The position numbers and the translations under genes were made by a program. Below are positions 42,467-51,916 of a stretch of DNA of 64,000 bases, in pieces. Under the pieces are notes generated by a model. It did not search any database. It worked only from the letters and a program-made list of their open reading frames with translations, and was not told the DNA's origin. Within the stretch, counting starts at the first letter, position 1. Each line of letters begins with the position of its first letter. This DNA comes from Alphaproteobacteria bacterium (GTDB lineage Bacteria > Pseudomonadota > Alphaproteobacteria > JABAAW01 > JAHZMA01): the NCBI GenBank assembly GCA_965206365.1, contig CBDBJL010000004.1:141144-205143 (forward strand), written 5' to 3'.

Positions 42467-43076
42467 AATCGCTATCCTTTTCTAGCAATTTTCTACAAGG
42501 GGGAATCCATACAAGACTGGTATTTTTTTGTGGATTTTTCTCCCAAACAAACCACGCATAAGCTGTTGCGCTTTTAATTTTGCTATCAAGTCGCCCTTTT
42601 ACTAAAGGTACGCGTTCGGCAAATGGGGCAAAGATTGTGGGGGGTGTTTGAGAAAATAAACGGTTATATCGCCCTATAGATTCTGTAAAATTACCGCGAC
42701 AAAACATGGCAACGCCATCGGTGGCAAGCCCTAACGATTTTGAAATAAAACCCTCAGCTTTGTTAAAAGGGGGATTTGTAATTACCCATTGGGGCGGATG
42801 GCAATAAAAATCATCGCTTAAAAAATCTTTTACATTAGCTTTTTCATAGCCGTAATCGTGAATGTCGGCGGCATAGACATTTTCAAAATAATCCGCTAAG
42901 GTCTCCGCCATATACCCCCTGCCGCCAAGCACGCTTTTATTTGATAAAGTGCTATTTAATACATATTTAATCAGGGCGCGCGTTGCCCAGGGCGGGGTAG
43001 GAAAATCATCTAAGCCATCGCCAATTTCATGCCGTTGCGCCATTATTGCGTAGGATCCTTTGGGTATCATTTTCAA
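42459..43076 (-). CDS. phage Dam-type DNA N6-adenine methyltransferase (putative)
   Basis: NPPF motif (WVITNPPFNK) and N-terminal FPTPPWATRAL, resembling the phage Dam MTase family; adjacent to the C5 MTase gene. Confidence 0.5.
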   Translation of the reverse strand: MKMIPKGSYAIMAQRHEIGDGLDDFPTPPWATRALIKYVLNSTLSNKSVLGGRGYMAETLADYFENVYAADIHDYGYEKANVKDFLSDDFYCHPPQWVITNPPFNKAEGFISKSLGLATDGVAMFCRGNFTESIGRYNRLFSQTPPTIFAPFAERVPLVKGRLDSKIKSATAYAWFVWEKNPQKNTSLVWIPPCRKLLEKDSDYE

Positions 43077-43080
43077 ATCC

Positions 43081-43935
43081 TTAAATTAAAATTAATTGGT
43101 TGTTATTTTCGGTTTCATACTCAAGATTCTTGCAATGAATTTTCAAGAGTAAGCCACGCATATGCGCTTGCCAATGGCATAACGGAATTTCCGCAACTTC
43201 TAATTCTGTCCACCCTGTTGGCAAACCCATCATCCATTCGGTGAATTGAGGGTTTAAAATCATCTCTAACTTTTTGCCATTTTGGGGAGTCGAGTCTTGG
43301 CGCGAAAGGGGGCATCCATTCCACATGTGTGCGACTTGATCCCGCAAGGAGGCAGGCATTTTTCTTTCTAATCTCTTCTTGAAAGTTTCCTCGCTTAGCA
43401 CCCCCCCATCGCCTCTGTAGCTTTTATGGTGCGCCATAATAAATAATCGCTCTCTTTTGTGAGGCGCACCAAGCTCCTCCGCGCTGAACAAGCCAGCCGC
43501 AACTTTGTAACCCAAACATTGAAGATCTTTTGCGACATCGTAAAATCCATTAGATAAATGTTGGCGGACATTTTCAAAGAAGCAGATTTTTGGCTGAATT
43601 TCCCTGATAATTCTTGCGATTGCGTTCCACAAATAGGCGGGGTCGTTTTTGCCAAGTCGTCTACCTGCTGCGCTGAATGGCTGGCAGGGGTATCCGCCAG
43701 CAATGCAATCCACGATTCCACGCCATGGCTGGCAATCAAAGGTGGCAATATCCGCTCAAATAGGCGCGCAATCCAAGTTTCCTGCTTGCATTTGTTTTGC
43801 CAAAATTTCGCAGGCATATGTTTCCCTCTCCACGTAACATATAACGCGGCTGTTTGGCTTTGCCAATTTAATTCCGAGTTCGAGTCCGCCGATCCCGGAA
43901 CATATTGATAAAATTTTTGGGGAACAAAAATCCAC
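43081..43935 (-). pseudogene. DNA cytosine-5 methyltransferase with an in-frame TGA (complement 43756-43758) and a C7 tract (43391-43397)
   Basis: One frame carries motif I ICSGIGGLELG, motif III/IV DIATFDCQPW...GGYPCQPFSAAG, motif VI FFENV, motif VIII HKRERLF and a motif-IX-like EWMMGLPTGWT; the only interruption is a single TGA between motifs II and III; probable GTG start near 43935. Confidence 0.7.
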
Positions 43936-43938
43936 AAT

Positions 43939-44580
43939 TTAAATATCCTTTCGCAACCACTTTCCAAACCTGACGATTAATTTATCGAGGGTTTCATTAT
44001 CTAAATATCTATGGTTCATGCCGTAACCATTGCGGTCACACCAATTATCGAGTGCAAACCGGCTGGCATTGCTCTTCACTTTATCTTGCCAAAACAATTT
44101 TTCCCATTGCGCCCGCACGATGTAAATTCGTGGATTTTCATCGTCAATGAATTGCACTTTACCCTCGCGCGCCAGCATTGCTTTTAAGGCCTCAATGGCT
44201 TTATACGCCACTTGTGGGGTCATCCAATTTTCATGGTCAACCTTAATTTGCCTCTTTACAAAGGCGCGAATGGCATGATCGCTACGGTTTTCAACCACCC
44301 CTAACCAATATGCAGAAATCCAAAGCGCGCGCAATTTTTTCACAACCTCATTGTTTGGTAGGGTCGAGGTTGTTCCCCCCTTGCCAATAATCTCATCGAT
44401 AACCTTGTAAATTTGCCCTATTTGCATTTTGCCGGCAGAACTTGTATTTGTAATTCGTTTGTACAGTGCGCGCTTGCTGGCATCATCAATGCCATTATTG
44501 TTAATTTCGATGTGCAATTTAGCCAGGGCTTTGCGCTTTTCTGGGGAAGCTGGAGATTTTGCGGGTGTTTTAGCCATCAT
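43939..44580 (-). CDS. gemA: Mu gp16/GemA-like protein (DUF1018)
   Basis: LWISAYWLGVVENRSDHAIRAFVKRQ...IEALKAM aligns with the recalled Mu GemA pattern. Confidence 0.55.
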   Translation of the reverse strand: MMAKTPAKSPASPEKRKALAKLHIEINNNGIDDASKRALYKRITNTSSAGKMQIGQIYKVIDEIIGKGGTTSTLPNNEVVKKLRALWISAYWLGVVENRSDHAIRAFVKRQIKVDHENWMTPQVAYKAIEALKAMLAREGKVQFIDDENPRIYIVRAQWEKLFWQDKVKSNASRFALDNWCDRNGYGMNHRYLDNETLDKLIVRFGKWLRKDI

Positions 44581-45034
44581 TATTTCCTTTCAATATTGCG
44601 CCGATAGCAGAATAGCCGGCTTTATCGAGCCAGCTATCGCTGTGCGCGGGGTTGTTCATTAAACGCGCTGTTTTTAGCGCATCCAAACATAAAGCCACTT
44701 GTTGTGGCTTAATTTTTGCGCGTAAAATCACGCTCCACAGCTTGGCAATTTCGGCAAAATGCTGGTTAGGGTCGCCATAAATCGCCCGCGATTTCAGAGT
44801 TTCTGCTAAATCTTGGCAAAAATCCTTATCTAAGGGTTGCTTGGCGGGGGGCACAGAATGCTCCCTGCCTGTATTTAGTTGCTGGATTCTGGCTTTCGCC
44901 CATTTCGGGCAATCAATATTAACACCCGTATCATCAAGGGCATGTTGCCATTTATCATCTTCTTCCCGCTCATTAATAATTCGCGAGATTGCACGCGCCA
45001 AAAGATATTTTTTCAAATGAAATTCAGCTATCAT
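44570..45034 (-). CDS. hypothetical protein (possible helicase-associated)
   Basis: 154 aa, immediately downstream of dnaB in the same operon. Confidence 0.35.
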   Translation of the reverse strand: MIAEFHLKKYLLARAISRIINEREEDDKWQHALDDTGVNIDCPKWAKARIQQLNTGREHSVPPAKQPLDKDFCQDLAETLKSRAIYGDPNQHFAEIAKLWSVILRAKIKPQQVALCLDALKTARLMNNPAHSDSWLDKAGYSAIGAILKGNNDG

Positions 45035-46479
45035 TTTTTCTCTAAATTTTCAAAAAGGGTGTATTTTGGCTCAAAATATAACGCCACTTCGCCAATTGCG
45101 CCGTGGCGTTGTTTTTGCACCGATAGAACGGCTTTATTTTTTGAATTTATTAATAATTCATTATGTTTTTCCTGCCTAAGCGCAAATTTTGCATCACTTT
45201 CAACATCGCGTTGTTCGGGTGTTTTGCGTTCAAGATAATATTCAGCACGATACAAAAACATCACCACATCGGCATCTTGTTCAATTGCGCCAGAATCTCG
45301 CAAATCAGAAAGTTGGGGGATCGGCGGGTCGCGTTGCTCTACCGCGCGCGATAATTGCGATAATACCAAAACCGGAATATCTAATTCTTTAGCAAGGGCT
45401 TTTAAGCCTTGCGATATCGATGTAATTTCATTTACTCGTCCATCATATTTGCCGCCCGCTTTCATTAATTGCAAATAATCGATAACGATTAAATCTAAAC
45501 TTTGGCGGCGCATTAATCGCCTAGCCCGCTGCCTAATAATCGCCACATTTATGGCGGGTGTTTGGTCAATAAAAATGGGCATTTGGTCGATAATGGCGGC
45601 GGTTCTGGCCAGGGTAGAAAATCCACGCGCAGAGATATTGCCGCGGCGCATATCATCGCTGGCAATTTTACACGCGCCAGATAAAATTCGTGCCGTTAAT
45701 TGTTCGGCACTCATTTCCAGTGAAAACACGGCTACGCGTCCGCCTTCGATTTCTTCATTATCAATATTTTTAAATTTGCTAGCAACATTATAGGCAATAT
45801 TTAACGCTAGTGCGGTTTTGCCCATGCTGGGGCGGGCAGCTAAAATAATCAAATCGCTTTTATGCAGCCCGCCCAAAATTTTATCAATATCATAAAATCC
45901 GGTGCTAATGCCGCTAATACCACCTCCGCGTTTAATTGCTGCGCTAATATTTTGAATTGCTGAATGTAAATGGGTTTTAATATTAATTAATTTCGCGCCA
46001 TCTTCGCCTTTTTCCGCCAATTCGAACAGAGCAGTTTCTTGTTCCTCAAGAATTTCATTGCCGGTTTTAGTAACATCGCCAGATTGTGCAATTTCAACAT
46101 ATTGTTGATTTATTAAAATTAATTCGCGTTTTAAGGCAAGGCTGGCAAGCGTTTTGGCATATTGTCCAACAGAGATCATTGAAAATACATTATTCGCCAA
46201 AGTCTGCAAATAATTATCCCAATCAGCATCAAGATGTGGAATTTCTTTTAGCAAATAAGCCAATGTATCTTCGTTTGCAGTTAGCCCTTCAGTCACTAAT
46301 TTGGATATTTCCGTGAAAATAATACGATGAACGTCATGATAAAAATGGCTTGGCTGACTGATATCAACAATTTTTTCAAAAACCTTATTATTGCGCAAAA
46401 GCGCGCCTAGCAAAGCGGCTTCAATTTCGATGGAATAAGGCATGGCAGCAGGCGCAGGTTTTTTAAGATAATCAGCCAT
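45031..46479 (-). CDS. dnaB: DnaB-family replicative DNA helicase
   Basis: N-terminal DnaB domain and RecA-like core with Walker A ARPSMGKTALAL; 482 aa. Confidence 0.9.
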   Translation of the reverse strand: MADYLKKPAPAAMPYSIEIEAALLGALLRNNKVFEKIVDISQPSHFYHDVHRIIFTEISKLVTEGLTANEDTLAYLLKEIPHLDADWDNYLQTLANNVFSMISVGQYAKTLASLALKRELILINQQYVEIAQSGDVTKTGNEILEEQETALFELAEKGEDGAKLINIKTHLHSAIQNISAAIKRGGGISGISTGFYDIDKILGGLHKSDLIILAARPSMGKTALALNIAYNVASKFKNIDNEEIEGGRVAVFSLEMSAEQLTARILSGACKIASDDMRRGNISARGFSTLARTAAIIDQMPIFIDQTPAINVAIIRQRARRLMRRQSLDLIVIDYLQLMKAGGKYDGRVNEITSISQGLKALAKELDIPVLVLSQLSRAVEQRDPPIPQLSDLRDSGAIEQDADVVMFLYRAEYYLERKTPEQRDVESDAKFALRQEKHNELLINSKNKAVLSVQKQRHGAIGEVALYFEPKYTLFENLEKK

Positions 46480-46993
46480 TAATCAACGCATCTTCTTTTA
46501 CTTCGATGGCGAAAGTCTCACCAACTGATTTAATCGTAACCCCTGTAATTTCGCGGGCGCGTTCAGGGTTCGCCAGCATGGCATCTTTATCTATTTCTTG
46601 CTTGCTACGGATAAAATCTATATAGCCTGCACCCCTTAAAGCGGCGATAACTTTGGCAGCATTAGTTACCCTAACGCTTGGCGGTGCGGTCCGCCAGTAA
46701 ACCATGCCGGCAATCAAATCGGCATGTTTAACTTTGCCGCCACCGGTTAAATCATGGCGGTTGGTTTCGCACCAAGCCTGAATGGCTGACTCTAATTGCG
46801 CCATGCGTTCGCGGGCGTGGGTAGTTTTCTCGGCACTCTCTTCGCGCGCAGCGGCGATTAAATCATTCATGTGAGTTTCTTCACGTGTAACTTCGCGTTG
46901 GCAATTGCCAAGTTCAGTGATCATCGCAATGCACTCATCTTTTGATTGCGGCGCGGGAATCGCCAATGCTTTGGTTTTTTTAGGTTTAGCCAT
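46472..46993 (-). CDS. gam: Mu Gam-like DNA-end-binding protein
   Basis: Strong match to recalled Mu Gam (MAKP.K..., EMND, WCE.NR..LT.GGKVK, PPSV, FIR.KQEI.K.A.L, GVTIKSG.E.F.I). Confidence 0.85.
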   Translation of the reverse strand: MAKPKKTKALAIPAPQSKDECIAMITELGNCQREVTREETHMNDLIAAAREESAEKTTHARERMAQLESAIQAWCETNRHDLTGGGKVKHADLIAGMVYWRTAPPSVRVTNAAKVIAALRGAGYIDFIRSKQEIDKDAMLANPERAREITGVTIKSVGETFAIEVKEDALING

Positions 46994-47028
46994 TATTTTT
47001 CACTTTCTAAATAGTAGGTTATTTGGGG

Positions 47029-47232
47029 TTATTTTGCAGTATCCTGCATTTTGTTTAAAATTTGCATGAAGGTTTCTTCCTGCACCTTGGCAACCAAGGC
47101 TAAATTTCGTAAATCCATGGCAATATCTAAAGTTTCTTGTTTTGAAACAAAGCCATTTTCATGTGCAAGCTGGTCCATCAAATCGGCATATTTTGTTAAG
47201 GTTTTAAATAAAAGTTGCGGATCAGCCATCAC
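47029..47232 (-). CDS. small hypothetical protein
   Basis: 67-aa ORF in the early operon. Confidence 0.3.
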   Translation of the reverse strand: MMADPQLLFKTLTKYADLMDQLAHENGFVSKQETLDIAMDLRNLALVAKVQEETFMQILNKMQDTAK

Positions 47233-47537
47233 GCGTCCTCCCTATTTGGGCAGATTTTGCAAGCATTAAAAAGCTGAACGCGTTGCGGCGAGGCAACGCT
47301 AAAACGTAGCTTTTGATTTTTGTTACAAGCCTCTATGCCGATTTTTCCCAAAACGGGGCAATAATTTTCACCATCCATTAAAATTTCTTGAACGCGATTT
47401 TTAACAGCATTTAGGTCGCCCTTATAATGACCCCCAAGCACCAGTGATATAGTTGCGCTAGAATAGCCAAGTTTTTTTGCCACTTTATTTTGGCTACTCC
47501 CCTTACACGCAGAGCGCAATATTTCAAGCCAATTCAT
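47229..47537 (-). CDS. HTH DNA-binding protein with C-terminal Cys-rich segment
   Basis: HTH (QNKVAKKLGYSSATISLVL) plus CPVLG...CNKNQ...CKICP. Confidence 0.45.
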   Translation of the reverse strand: MNWLEILRSACKGSSQNKVAKKLGYSSATISLVLGGHYKGDLNAVKNRVQEILMDGENYCPVLGKIGIEACNKNQKLRFSVASPQRVQLFNACKICPNREDA

Positions 47538-48099
47538 TAGCTTTGCCTTTCGTTCGCACCGCGATCATGTCGTTATTGTTGGGGTCAAATAACATGCCAT
47601 CGCTTCTAATCTCGGGGGGGTCGCCCCCCGTATTTTTAATTAATTGAATATTTTTATCAGGGCAATTTAAATATTCGCCCGTTTTTAGATCACGCAAATA
47701 ACGCATCATTGTGGTGCGGGGAATCTTCTTTTTTCGCCCAATATTAATAAGGCTAAAAAGCTTATCAACAGTGCAATTATTTAACATGCGCAAGCTCCGC
47801 CAAATTACCGCTTGCGCGCTCTCTTCAATGGGCGTGCCGTTTTGATCAAGATGCGGTGCTTTCGCACTGGGCGCAGTTAATTTCCAAATCACCATCCCTT
47901 TATGGGGGTGGTTCGGTAATTTGCCCAAGCGTTTAACTTTGCGATTTTTAGCAAATATTTGCAAATGTTCGTCAATGCTACGCTTGCGAATGGGGGTGAT
48001 GGCACTGAGATCGGGGATGGTAAATAATAATTTACCACCCTGCGTTACCTCTTGTATTGCTTGCCAGATAGCTTGATAGCCTTTTTCGGTGATAGCCAT
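47524..48099 (-). CDS. hypothetical early-region protein
   Basis: 191 aa; contains an in-frame cgggggggtcgccccccg palindrome (47608-47627). Confidence 0.4.
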   Translation of the reverse strand: MAITEKGYQAIWQAIQEVTQGGKLLFTIPDLSAITPIRKRSIDEHLQIFAKNRKVKRLGKLPNHPHKGMVIWKLTAPSAKAPHLDQNGTPIEESAQAVIWRSLRMLNNCTVDKLFSLINIGRKKKIPRTTMMRYLRDLKTGEYLNCPDKNIQLIKNTGGDPPEIRSDGMLFDPNNNDMIAVRTKGKANELA

Positions 48100-48104
48100 T
48101 TTAA

Positions 48105-48947
48105 TTACCCTTTTAAACGCGCTTTTTCAAGCGCAACAGTGGTGGCAGATGGTTTTTTTACATTGCCATTTATATCAAGTTCTATTTTTTTACGCGCTAA
48201 GGGGGTGGTTACTTGTAAATCGATGGGTGATTTGCCATCAGCTGTTAAAGTAACTTTATTTAAGCCATTATTTTTGGCATGATTCCGCAAAAGTTCAATC
48301 GATGTTACTACGCGGCGTACTTGCCCGGTGGATTTTTCGTGGACGCGTTTCATTAATTCTGGGCAAATTGCAATATCTTTCGAGTATAATTTGGCTAATT
48401 CCTGGCAATCTTTTACAGTTACCCCTTGGGCAGGTTGAAATTTTAAAATCCTATTATGGAAACGCTCGCTTTCTTTTAGATTTTTTGGCAGATTTTCTTC
48501 ACCAATCAAAATAATCGGTGTTTTTGCGCCATCATGGATCTCACGAATGAGATCGCACATCTTTCTATTCACCAAATAATCAGCTTCATCAATTATTAAA
48601 ATTCGCTTTTCATAGCTTAAAGCCTTGATAATTTTTTTCACCAATTCGTGCAAAGTATCATTTTTTGGAAAATCGATATTTATGGCATCTAAAATTTGCT
48701 TGCACAAAACTTTAGGCGTCCAGCTCCAACCCACATGGATGTTGGCGGCACCATATTGATTTGCCCCGCAAGTTGCACTAAAGGTTTTGCCATAACCGCT
48801 AAAGCCGTGGAAAGTGGCAATTCCTGGCAGATGCGATGGGCGCGTTTTCAGCGTTTCAATCAATTGATTAAAGATTGTAATATTCCCCAAGGGTGCCATT
48901 CGCACCTCCTCGGGTGTTGTTAAAAATGTGGGGTTAATTTCAGTCAT
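48105..48947 (-). CDS. MuB-like AAA+ transposition ATPase
   Basis: Walker A GFSGYGKTFS, Walker B LIIDEAD; directly downstream of the MuA-like gene. Confidence 0.7.
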   Translation of the reverse strand: MTEINPTFLTTPEEVRMAPLGNITIFNQLIETLKTRPSHLPGIATFHGFSGYGKTFSATCGANQYGAANIHVGWSWTPKVLCKQILDAINIDFPKNDTLHELVKKIIKALSYEKRILIIDEADYLVNRKMCDLIREIHDGAKTPIILIGEENLPKNLKESERFHNRILKFQPAQGVTVKDCQELAKLYSKDIAICPELMKRVHEKSTGQVRRVVTSIELLRNHAKNNGLNKVTLTADGKSPIDLQVTTPLARKKIELDINGNVKKPSATTVALEKARLKG

Positions 48948-49026
48948 AATACGCCTTCTAATAATTTGGGTACTAGGTGCAAGCTTGGTACCCTGTTTTT
49001 TTTAAGTATATTTCTTGCCAAATATT

Positions 49027-51210
49027 TTATCCATGAGTCTCCAACAAATACTCCTGACCAAAAGTCTCTTCCATCATTTTGAAAGATCTATAGTTTGGCG
49101 ATTGCTGATAAATTTTTAACCATTGCGCATCCTCAATATTGATAAGCTCGCCATTTGCGATGGTTTTTTCCAAAGCTTTAGATCGTTGAAACAAAGTGGC
49201 AGGGGTTGGCGCAATTTGCACCACATTAGCGGTTGAATTTTCAGCTGATTTTTGTTCAGATGCTAGTTCTGGCGCAATTGTCCGGTTGCTGATTTTTTGT
49301 GATTTTCTAGGCAAAACATGCAAATTATTCGGCGGAATTTCGCCTTCAATAAAGCCATGCTTAATCGCATGTTCACGCCGTTGGGCATGTTTAAAATTTT
49401 CTAAAATTTTGTAAAAATCGTCATTATCAATCTGTTTTGCGGCATGGGCGATTTCGCGCTTGATCTCTTTGTTATGCGCGCGCTTGGTGGCTTTGGCAAT
49501 ATGTGCCACCGCCATGCGGTTAATACCTTCAAGCTCGGCATTATAAGCGGTGAATAAATATTCGCCATTTTCAACCCCAGATACGTAGATTTGCCCCATA
49601 TCTTCTAAATCCATCGCCACTTGTACAGTGTGTCCCATATAAAGATCTATCTCATGGGCTATAAAATAATGCCGATCCGCGCGAATACCTTTTTTGCCAA
49701 TAACGCGGGTGCCATCACCACCGGCTAATTTTGCAAACAAATAATGCATAATCGTGGGATCTTCCAAAGTTTTAATCTCACCGGTATAATTGGCTAATCT
49801 TTCAGCGGGCGAGCAACCAATCCCTTTGTGGAATCCCTGATAATAATCCTCTGCCACCCAATTGCTGGCGCGCCGCGCCAATTCATCGCGGGTTAATTTT
49901 ACTTTGCTAAACCGATCAATTTTTTCACCATTCGCCCGGGCGTTGCGATAGGCAAAGCTCTGCCTGTTTTCAATTTCAGTTTTTTCGGTAACATTATGCC
50001 CGGCATAACCGGGGTTCAGGCGCATAAAAGTGTCGTTAATAGTGCCGATAGCGCGTTCGATTCCGCCCTTTTCATGGGGTGAATAGGGGTTGGTTAAATC
50101 AATATTAATCCCGGTTTTAAACATAGCGTGCTTAAACCATTTGCTGGTGAAATCGCTACCATTATCGGTGCGCAAGCGTTCGGGCATGCCCCATTCGTTA
50201 ATTGCCCGCCGAATTAACCGTAAGGATCCGTGGGTGCTGGGTGAATCTGTAATTTCTACCAATAATCGCCGTGCATACATATCGGCGATCACATAAATAT
50301 TATATCTGCCATCATCGCAGATCACATCGGCGGGGCTAGCATCGATTTCCCATAATTCATTCGGGCGGGTAAGGTGGGCATACATTTCGCCCAAAGACAG
50401 CGCATATTTGCTGCGGGCTTTATCGGGGTTGCGTAATTTTAGCGCATCTGCGGGGTTTTTACGTGCCCAAGCATTAAACCAGTTGGCAATTTGGCGCGTT
50501 GAGGGAATTTCTTGAAACCCCTTTGCCAATAATAATTGATGGATTGTTTTGCCTGCCAAGCGAGTGCGCGTAAAATGCGCGATAATCTGGGTTTGTAGGT
50601 CGCGATTTGCATCAATAATGCTAGTGCCTTTGCGGTTGCCAAACTTGCCGGCAAGGCTTTTGAAATCGCCAATATTAACGGCTTTGCGCCACCGTAAAAC
50701 ACTGGCACGCGAAATATTAGTAAAGGCAAAATCGCCTGTAATTTTTCCCGAATTAAAATCATCTACAAAAGCGTCAATTCCTGCCATAACACCAATTTTA
50801 TGCGCTAATAAATAAGCGTTAAAAGCGTTGGCAATATCGGCGCGCGCGATACCGCGATCAATAGATTTAGGCAAGGTAGCAATGGTGGGCGAGGGGTTGC
50901 CCATATTGCTACCTCTATCAGCTGGTGGTAAGGCTTTGCCGGAACCACCCTCCTGATTCTGCACTCTTCCCTTTAGATGATAATTGGCGGGGGGGTTAAG
51001 GGGGGTGTCGCTCGGCGCGACATCGCACCCCCCTTTATAAATTGCAGGGATTTTATATTCGGCACCCCCGCCCTGATCGCGGCGAATTTGGCTTTGCCAG
51101 CCATCACGCTTGGCTTTATCGACAATAGCCCGCCGGGTTTTGGGCAGAGTGGCGATTTGCAATTTTGCAATTTCACCGGCAGATAGCCATATTTTGGCAC
51201 TATCTGGCAT
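49027..51210 (-). CDS. MuA-like DDE transposase
   Basis: N-terminal HTH and rve-type DDE core (WEIDASPADV, YVIADMYARRLL); carries an in-frame palindromic element at 50985-51034. Confidence 0.8.
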   Translation of the reverse strand: MPDSAKIWLSAGEIAKLQIATLPKTRRAIVDKAKRDGWQSQIRRDQGGGAEYKIPAIYKGGCDVAPSDTPLNPPANYHLKGRVQNQEGGSGKALPPADRGSNMGNPSPTIATLPKSIDRGIARADIANAFNAYLLAHKIGVMAGIDAFVDDFNSGKITGDFAFTNISRASVLRWRKAVNIGDFKSLAGKFGNRKGTSIIDANRDLQTQIIAHFTRTRLAGKTIHQLLLAKGFQEIPSTRQIANWFNAWARKNPADALKLRNPDKARSKYALSLGEMYAHLTRPNELWEIDASPADVICDDGRYNIYVIADMYARRLLVEITDSPSTHGSLRLIRRAINEWGMPERLRTDNGSDFTSKWFKHAMFKTGINIDLTNPYSPHEKGGIERAIGTINDTFMRLNPGYAGHNVTEKTEIENRQSFAYRNARANGEKIDRFSKVKLTRDELARRASNWVAEDYYQGFHKGIGCSPAERLANYTGEIKTLEDPTIMHYLFAKLAGGDGTRVIGKKGIRADRHYFIAHEIDLYMGHTVQVAMDLEDMGQIYVSGVENGEYLFTAYNAELEGINRMAVAHIAKATKRAHNKEIKREIAHAAKQIDNDDFYKILENFKHAQRREHAIKHGFIEGEIPPNNLHVLPRKSQKISNRTIAPELASEQKSAENSTANVVQIAPTPATLFQRSKALEKTIANGELINIEDAQWLKIYQQSPNYRSFKMMEETFGQEYLLETHG
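50985..51034. repeat. G6/C6 palindromic element inserted in frame in the transposase gene
   Basis: gggggggttaaggggggtgtcgctcggcgcgacatcgcaccccccttt encodes KGGCDVAPSDTPLNPP within MuA. Confidence 0.6.
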
Positions 51211-51505
51211 TTAACTTTGCCTGTAATTTAGCTTGTTTTTTAGCTTGCATTTCAAAATTATGTAATTGAGCTTTTACATATTGATCTAAAATTTTGCGAA
51301 TATCTCGGGCTTTAACCTCGGCAGAGGGTGAATTTTTAAGGGCATAAATCTCAAATAAAGGTATACGATTGCCAAATTTGTAGACACGCCCAAGCCAATA
51401 ATTGCCCTTATCTTCTATTTTTTGGCAGAAATTCATGAGGTTATGGCTTCCACAAAAATTAAAAGTCCCCAGAAAATACCCCACACTACGATGCTGAATA
51501 AGCAA
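51200..51505 (-). CDS. hypothetical protein
   Basis: 101-aa ORF; 5' end overlaps the next ORF in another frame. Confidence 0.3.
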   Translation of the reverse strand: MLIQHRSVGYFLGTFNFCGSHNLMNFCQKIEDKGNYWLGRVYKFGNRIPLFEIYALKNSPSAEVKARDIRKILDQYVKAQLHNFEMQAKKQAKLQAKLNAR

Positions 51506-51696
51506 TATATGAGAAGAAATGTAGCGATAATATCGCGTAGGCAGATCTCGCCAGCAACAATTTTTAGTCTGAAATATTTCTCTAAAAATTTTAAGGGTAT
51601 TTTTTGTGGTGTAAGGATATGAAACAAAAGCAATATGCCAAGATTAATCACGATAGTTGGTAGCATCACCGATATAAATGTATGGATTAGGTTCAT
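51433..51696 (-). CDS. small membrane protein (kil-like candidate)
   Basis: 87 aa with three predicted transmembrane helices. Confidence 0.4.
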   Translation of the reverse strand: MNLIHTFISVMLPTIVINLGILLLFHILTPQKIPLKFLEKYFRLKIVAGEICLRDIIATFLLIYCLFSIVVWGIFWGLLIFVEAITS

Positions 51697-51697
51697 T

Positions 51698-51916
51698 TCA
51701 ACCCCCTGCCAAGATGGTTAGCCACAGGGCTGAATTAAGTAACAAGGTGGCGGTGATGTAAAAAAATATAATAAGGTCAGCTAAATGATCTCGGCTGGTG
51801 GGCATAAAAAAAGCACAAATAATATTTGTTAAAATGCCAGAATGCAGCAGATAATAAAAAATGCAGGCAAACGCACCATTTAACGCAAGGGTGGCGATGA
51901 TGGTAATCGGCATCAT
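51698..51916 (-). CDS. small membrane protein
   Basis: 72 aa with two transmembrane helices. Confidence 0.4.
   Translation of the reverse strand: MMPITIIATLALNGAFACIFYYLLHSGILTNIICAFFMPTSRDHLADLIIFFYITATLLLNSALWLTILAGG

Noticed and set aside
43756-43758. TGA-to-Trp recoding as explanation for the in-frame TGA in the C5 methylase
   Set aside because: Many genes in the window, including prophage genes, use TGA as a normal stop, so a single nonsense mutation or sequencing error is more parsimonious.
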